Virus record (IMG/VR): IMGVR_UViG_3300036778_000217
Span: 1-32,520 of that record
Reading direction: 5' to 3' (one strand)
DNA length: 32,520 bases
Source of the DNA: a virus
Taxonomy: Duplodnaviria > Caudoviricetes
This document shows, in pieces, positions 27,368 to 32,520 of the stretch. Within the stretch, counting starts at the first letter, position 1, and every line of letters starts with the position of its first letter. The notes under the pieces were generated by a model, which made no database searches, was not told the DNA's origin, and saw only the letters and a list, made by a program, of their open reading frames with translations. Made by a program: the position numbers and the translations under genes.

Positions 27368-27886
27368 ATGGCACTACCCCGCAAACTCAAATATCTGAAC
27401 ATGTTCAACGATGGCCTGAGCTACATGGGCGTCGTGGAATCCGTGACGCTGCCGAAGCTGACCCGCAAGCTCGAAAACTATCGCGGCGGCGGCATGAATG
27501 GCGCGGCTGCGATTGACCTCGGCCTCGATGACGACGCGCTCACCGTCGAGTGGTCTGTCGGTGGCCTGCCTGACGTGGCGCTGTGGGCGCAGTACGCCGC
27601 GCCGGGTGCCGATGCCGTGCCGCTGCGCTTTGCTGGCTCTTACCAGCGCGACGACACCGGCGACATTGTGGCGGTCGAGGTGGTCATGCGTGGCCGTCAT
27701 AAAGAAATTGACGGCGGCGAGAATAAGCAAGGTGAGAACACCTCGACCAAACTGTCGACCGTCTGCACCTACTACCGCCTCTCTATCGACGGTAGCGACA
27801 TCATCGAAATCGACACCGTCAACATGGTCGAGAAGGTGAACGGCGTCGACCGTCTGGAACAGCACCGCCGCGCCATCGGGCTGTAA
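27368..27886 (+). CDS. FII: Tail tube protein FII
   Basis: MALPRKLKYLN, LPKLTRKLENYRGGGM. Confidence 0.96.
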   Translation: MALPRKLKYLNMFNDGLSYMGVVESVTLPKLTRKLENYRGGGMNGAAAIDLGLDDDALTVEWSVGGLPDVALWAQYAAPGADAVPLRFAGSYQRDDTGDIVAVEVVMRGRHKEIDGGENKQGENTSTKLSTVCTYYRLSIDGSDIIEIDTVNMVEKVNGVDRLEQHRRAIGL

Positions 27887-27949
27887 TTACCTGACCGGCC
27901 GGCACCGCTGGCCGGTTACTCATCCCCATTCAGAACAGAGAAAAACACC

Positions 27950-28270
27950 ATGACTCAAGAGAAAAAATCCCCTGCAGTAAGCCCGGTAGCCGCCCCGGAA
28001 AACCCGAACGTCGTGACCCTCGACAAGCCGATTAAGCGCACCGGTCAGACAATTGAAACGGTCACCCTGATTGAGCCGAACGCCGGTACCCTGCGAGGCG
28101 TCAGTCTGGCGGCGGTGGCGCAGTCCGAGGTCGATGCGCTGATTAAGGTGCTGCCACGCATGACCTATCCCGCGCTCACGGCTCAGGAGCTTACCGCGAT
28201 GAACCTGCCGGATATGCTGTCGCTGGCCGCTAAGGTGATCGGTTTTTTGTCACCGGCTTCGGTGGAATAG
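27950..28270 (+). CDS. E: Tail assembly chaperone gpE
   Basis: VTLDKPIKR, GTLRGVSL, LIKVLPR; slippery T6G near the 3' end. Confidence 0.92.
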   Translation: MTQEKKSPAVSPVAAPENPNVVTLDKPIKRTGQTIETVTLIEPNAGTLRGVSLAAVAQSEVDALIKVLPRMTYPALTAQELTAMNLPDMLSLAAKVIGFLSPASVE

Positions 28271-28422
28271 ACTTCCCGCCAGACCTGTCGACTGATGACC
28301 TGATGGCGGATATCGCGGTGATATTCCACTGGCCGCCATCAGAGCTCTATTCCCTGAGCCTGACCGAGCTCATCACATGGCGCGAAAAGGCGCTGCAGCG
28401 TAGCGGAAACCATAATGAGTAA
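28243..28422 (+). CDS. E': E' extension of gpE+E', made by programmed -1 frameshift
   Basis: TTTTTTG at 28243-28249; the -1 frame is open to TAA 28420-28422 and reads ..DDLMADIAVIFHWPPSELYSLSLTELITWREKALQRSGNHNE; absent from the ORF track. Confidence 0.88.
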   Translation, partial: FFVTGFGGIDFPPDLSTDDLMADIAVIFHWPPSELYSLSLTELITWREKALQRSGNHNE

Positions 28423-30856
28423 TAACCTGAGGCTTGAGGTATTGCTGAAAGCGGTCGACCAGGCGACCAGACCGCTTAAATCCATCCAGACCGCGAGTAA
28501 ATCCCTGTCGGGTGACATTCGCAACACACAAAAAGGGCTGCGTGACCTGAACGGTCAGGCGTCGAAAATCGACGGCTTTCGTAAGGCAAGCGCACAGCTG
28601 GCCGTAACGGGTCAGGCGCTTGGTAAAGCAAAACGCGAGGCCGGTGAGCTGGCCGTGCAGTTTAAAAACACCACCGGCCCGACCCGCGCGCAGGCGCAGG
28701 CACTAGAAGCGGCAAAGCGTGCCGCCTCTGAGCTGCAGACGAAATACAACAGTCTGAGAACGTCGGTACAGCGTCAGCGCTCCGAGCTGATGCAGGCCGG
28801 TATTAATACCCGCACGCTGTCTGCCGATGAGCGTCGGCTCAAAACCTCCATCAGCGAGACAACGACTCAGCTTAACCGTCAGCGCGAGGCTCTGGCGCGC
28901 GTCAGTGCTCAGCAGGCGAAATTAAGCCGGGTGAAAGAGCGATATAAATCAGGCAAAGAGCTTGCCGGTAATATGGCCGCAGCAGGTGCGGCCGGGGTTG
29001 GTATTGCAACAGCGGGAACGATGGCCGGGGTTAAATTGCTGATACCCGGTTATGAGTTTGCGCAGAAAAACTCCGAGTTGCAGGCCGTGCTAGGGGTTGG
29101 TAAGCAATCAACTGAAATGCAGGCGCTACGCAAACAGGCGCGCCAGCTCGGCGATAACTCAGCCGCCTCAGCAGATGATGCGGCCGCTGCGCAGATCATC
29201 GTAGCTAAATCTGGCGCAGATAAAGACGGCATAGTGGCACAAACACCAGCCATTCTGAATATGTCGCTGGCGAATAAAAAAACCATGGAGGAAAACGCCG
29301 CTTTACTTATTGGCACTAAATCGGCATTCGGGCTCGCCGATGACAAGGCGTCGCACATTGCAGACGTCCTATCGATGGCGATAAATAAATCTCAGGCCAG
29401 CTTTGAGGGGTTGAGCGACGCGCTTACCTATGTCGGTCCGGTTGCTAAAGATGCGGGGGTTAGCCTTGAAGAAACCGCTGCAATGCTGGGTGCGTTACAT
29501 GATGAAAAAATCACAGGCTCAATGGCGGGTACTGGTGGCCGCGCAGTATTGAGCCGCCTGCAGGCACCAACAGGAAAAGCCTATGATGCCATTAAAGAAC
29601 TTGGTGTTAAGACAATGGATAAAAAGGGCAATACACGCCCAATATTTACCATCCTGAAAGAAATGCAGGCCAGCTTTAAGCGTAACAATCTCGGAACAGG
29701 TCAAAAAGCCGAATACATGAAAACAATATTCGGTGAGGAGGCAAGCTCTGCTGCCAGCATATTAATGACAGCTGCGGCCAGTGGAAAACTGGATAACCTG
29801 ACCAAAATAATAAAAGAATCTGATGGTAAAACCGAAGAGCTGGTTAAGGTCATGCAGGACAACCTCGGCGGCGACTTCAAAGAGTTCCAGTCTGCTTATG
29901 AGGCCGTCGGTACCGATCTTTTTGACCAGCAAGAAGGCTCACTGCGCAAGCTAACCCAAACAGCCACGCAGTATGTGTTAAAGCTCGATGTCTGGATCCA
30001 GAAAAACAAAGGACTGGCGACAACTATCGGCATCATTGCCGGTGGTGCCCTTGCTCTGATTGGTATCATCGGCGGCATCGGTCTCGTTGCGTGGCCGGTT
30101 GTCATGGGGATTAACGCCATCATTGCCGCTGCTGGCGTGATGGGTACAGTTTTTACTGTCGCCGGTACTGCCATTGTGACCGCACTCGGCGCGATTACCT
30201 GGCCGATTGTGGCCGTGGGGGCGGCGATTGTGGCCGGGGCGCTACTCATCCGTAAATACTGGGAGCCTATCAGCGCATTTTTCTCGGGGGTGATTGAGGG
30301 CATCATGAGCGCCTTTGCACCGATCGGGGAGATGTTCGCCCCGCTGGCGCCCATCTTTGACGGGCTCGGTGAGAAGCTACGCGGCGTCTGGCAGTGGTTC
30401 AGAGACCTGATTGCACCGGTCAAGGCCACGCAGGAGACGCTCGATAGCTGCAAAAATGTTGGCGTCATGTTTGGTCAGGCGCTGGCCTCTGCCTTGATGG
30501 CTCCGCTCAATGTTTTTAACAAACTGCGCAGCGGTGTCGACTGGCTTCTCGAAAAGCTCGGCATCATCAACAAAGAGTCGGACAACCTCGACGAGACCGC
30601 CGCCAAAACCAACGCCGCCACACAGGGTAATTCCTACATCCCGGCAACCAGCACATATGGCGGTTATCAGGCTTATCAGCCCGTTACCGCGCCGGCGGGA
30701 CGCTCTTACATTGACCAGAGCAAAAGGGAATACAACATCACTCTGCCGGGTGGTGTTGCGCCGGGGCATCAGCTTGACAGACAGCTACGCGACACGCTCA
30801 AACAGGTTGAACGCGAAGAGCGTGCGCGTCAGCGTGCCAGCATGAGCCATGACTGA
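28415..30856 (+). CDS. T: Tail tape measure protein gpT
   Basis: LEVLLKAVDQATRP, Ala-rich helical core, hydrophobic segment; 813 aa. Confidence 0.95.
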   Translation: MSNNLRLEVLLKAVDQATRPLKSIQTASKSLSGDIRNTQKGLRDLNGQASKIDGFRKASAQLAVTGQALGKAKREAGELAVQFKNTTGPTRAQAQALEAAKRAASELQTKYNSLRTSVQRQRSELMQAGINTRTLSADERRLKTSISETTTQLNRQREALARVSAQQAKLSRVKERYKSGKELAGNMAAAGAAGVGIATAGTMAGVKLLIPGYEFAQKNSELQAVLGVGKQSTEMQALRKQARQLGDNSAASADDAAAAQIIVAKSGADKDGIVAQTPAILNMSLANKKTMEENAALLIGTKSAFGLADDKASHIADVLSMAINKSQASFEGLSDALTYVGPVAKDAGVSLEETAAMLGALHDEKITGSMAGTGGRAVLSRLQAPTGKAYDAIKELGVKTMDKKGNTRPIFTILKEMQASFKRNNLGTGQKAEYMKTIFGEEASSAASILMTAAASGKLDNLTKIIKESDGKTEELVKVMQDNLGGDFKEFQSAYEAVGTDLFDQQEGSLRKLTQTATQYVLKLDVWIQKNKGLATTIGIIAGGALALIGIIGGIGLVAWPVVMGINAIIAAAGVMGTVFTVAGTAIVTALGAITWPIVAVGAAIVAGALLIRKYWEPISAFFSGVIEGIMSAFAPIGEMFAPLAPIFDGLGEKLRGVWQWFRDLIAPVKATQETLDSCKNVGVMFGQALASALMAPLNVFNKLRSGVDWLLEKLGIINKESDNLDETAAKTNAATQGNSYIPATSTYGGYQAYQPVTAPAGRSYIDQSKREYNITLPGGVAPGHQLDRQLRDTLKQVEREERARQRASMSHD

Positions 30857-30865
30857 GGGGAATAA

Positions 30866-31354
30866 ATGATGATGCTTGCGCTTGGAATGTTTGTTTTTGA
30901 ACGCCGCACCCTGCCTTATCAGTCGATGCAACACTCGAAAGATTACCGCTGGGCGTCTAATGACCGGGTCGGTAAACCGCCCGCGTATCAGTTTCTCGGT
31001 GAGGGGGAAACCGCTATCCAGCTTGCCGGGACGCTTTACCCGGCCATTACCGGCGGTCGTATTACCCTGATGACGGTTGAACTGATGGCGAGAGAGGGCA
31101 AGGCGTGGCCGCTGATTGAGGGAACGGGCAATATCTACGGGATGTATATCGTCGACAAGGTATCGACCACGCACACCGAGTTTTTTAGCGACGGTGCGGC
31201 CAGAAAGATTGATTTCACCCTTTCGCTAAAACGGGTCGATGAGTCGCTGACGGCGATGTTTGGCGACCTGAATAAACAGGCCGGTGAGCTTCTCGACTCT
31301 GCCGGTAATCTGGCCGATAAGCTGCAAAGCGGGCTCGGAGGGCTGACAGCATGA
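30866..31354 (+). CDS. U: Tail protein gpU
   Basis: MLALGMFVF..TLPYQ, QFLGEG, WPLIEGTG. Confidence 0.94.
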   Translation: MMMLALGMFVFERRTLPYQSMQHSKDYRWASNDRVGKPPAYQFLGEGETAIQLAGTLYPAITGGRITLMTVELMAREGKAWPLIEGTGNIYGMYIVDKVSTTHTEFFSDGAARKIDFTLSLKRVDESLTAMFGDLNKQAGELLDSAGNLADKLQSGLGGLTA

Positions 31355-32520
31355 TGACGGGTATGACCATTGACGCCGGTGCAAGCCTTGCTCCGGCTTT
31401 CATGCTGACGATGAACAGCCAGGACATTACCAGCAATTTTAGTGACCGGCTGATTTCTCTCACCATGACCGACAACCGGGGTTTTGAAGCTGACCAGCTC
31501 GACATCGAGCTCGACGACACCGACGGCAAAGTTGAGTTACCCCTGCGCGGGGCGGTGCTGACGCTGTGGCTTGGCTGGCAGGGTTCGGCGCTTCTGAAAA
31601 AAGGTGATTTTACGGTCGATGAGATTGAGCACCGGGGCGCGCCTGACACCCTGACCATCCGGGCGCGCAGCGCAGACTTTCGCGGAACGCTCAATTCACG
31701 GCGTGAAGAATCATGGCACGACACCACCCTCGGCGAACTTGTCAGCACCATCGCAAAACGCAATAAACTGACGGCCAGCGTCGCGGAAGTACTGACAAAA
31801 ATCCCGGTGCCGCATATTGACCAGTCGCAGGAGTCCGACGCGGTATTCCTGACCCGGCTGGCAGACCGCAACGGGGCGACGGTATCAGTGAAAGCGGGAA
31901 AGCTGCTTCTGCTTAAAGCCGGTAGCGCAATGACAGCCAGCGGTAAGCCCGTCCCGCAAATGACGCTGACCCGCTGCGATGGCGATCGTCATCAGTTTGC
32001 CATTGCCGACCGTGGGGCTTATACCGGCGTAACGGCAAAATGGTTACACACCAAAGACCCGAAGCCGCAAAAGCAGAAAGTGACGCTGAAACGCCAGCCA
32101 AAAGAGAAACACCTGCGCGCACTTGAACACCCGAAAGCAAAACCAGTCAGCAAAAAGACAAAGGCCAAAAAAGAGCAGGAATCCCGCGAAGGTGAGTATA
32201 TGGCCGGTGAGGCCGATAACGTGCTGGCGCTGACGACGGTCTACGCGTCAAAGGCGCAGGCAATGCGCGCCGCTCAGGCTAAGTGGGATAAGCTGCAGCG
32301 GGGGGTGGCAGAGTTTTCAATTACGCTGGCGACCGGCCGTGCTGATTTATTCCCTGAGACACCAGTGCGCGTCTCGGGGTTTAAGCGCCTCATAGACGAG
32401 CAGTCGTGGCTAATCAGTAAGGTAACTCACAATCTGAGTGATAATGGCTTCACGACGGGCTTAGAGCTTGAGGTTAAGCTCTCTGATGTGGAGTACAGCT
32501 CTGAGGAAAGCGAGGACTAA
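31351..32520 (+). CDS. D: Tail/baseplate hub protein gpD
   Basis: TDNRGFEADQLDIELDD, IDQSQESD; stop at the window end. Confidence 0.94.
   Translation: MMTGMTIDAGASLAPAFMLTMNSQDITSNFSDRLISLTMTDNRGFEADQLDIELDDTDGKVELPLRGAVLTLWLGWQGSALLKKGDFTVDEIEHRGAPDTLTIRARSADFRGTLNSRREESWHDTTLGELVSTIAKRNKLTASVAEVLTKIPVPHIDQSQESDAVFLTRLADRNGATVSVKAGKLLLLKAGSAMTASGKPVPQMTLTRCDGDRHQFAIADRGAYTGVTAKWLHTKDPKPQKQKVTLKRQPKEKHLRALEHPKAKPVSKKTKAKKEQESREGEYMAGEADNVLALTTVYASKAQAMRAAQAKWDKLQRGVAEFSITLATGRADLFPETPVRVSGFKRLIDEQSWLISKVTHNLSDNGFTTGLELEVKLSDVEYSSEESED

Larger units (their letters stand above)
527..32520. mobile_element. P2-like (186-type) prophage, continuing beyond the right edge
   Basis: Complete P2/186 gene order from int to D, plus 186-type cos, cI/apl/cII switch and tum. 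Confidence 0.97.

Noticed and set aside
1-32520. CRISPR array, retron/DGR reverse transcriptase, IS element or DNA invertase
   Set aside because: By eye I found no regularly spaced repeats, no RT-like ORF, no transposase and no serine recombinase.

Overview
Almost the whole window (about 527-32520) is a P2-family (Peduoviridae) prophage of the coliphage 186 type in an enterobacterial host. The left edge holds a host DUF2946 gene, the rplS terminator and a 15-bp copy of the rplS 3' end (E-R-L-N-stop), which is the probable att core. The phage genes run: int, a YebY-like secreted protein, a two-HTH cI, apl/cox, cII, fil, dhr, small early genes and rolling-circle replicase A with its internal ori. 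Next comes the variable A-to-cos hotspot, then the 186-type cos, head genes QPONML, X, the lysis cassette, R and S, a second moron slot, baseplate and tail genes VWJIHG, FI, FII, E/E', T, U and D. The late activator (ogr/B) and the other att site would lie beyond the right edge. There are two AT-rich cargo loci. The A-cos hotspot carries an orphan 75-aa gene with a structured leader, a LexA-controlled Tum-like antirepressor and a DUF262 + HEPN operon (PD-T4-2-like architecture). The S-V slot carries a single 449-aa DUF4062 (TIR/NDT-like)-coiled coil-beta-sandwich gene, the best candidate for an uncharacterised anti-phage system. All family calls come from recognised motifs and synteny, not from database searches.
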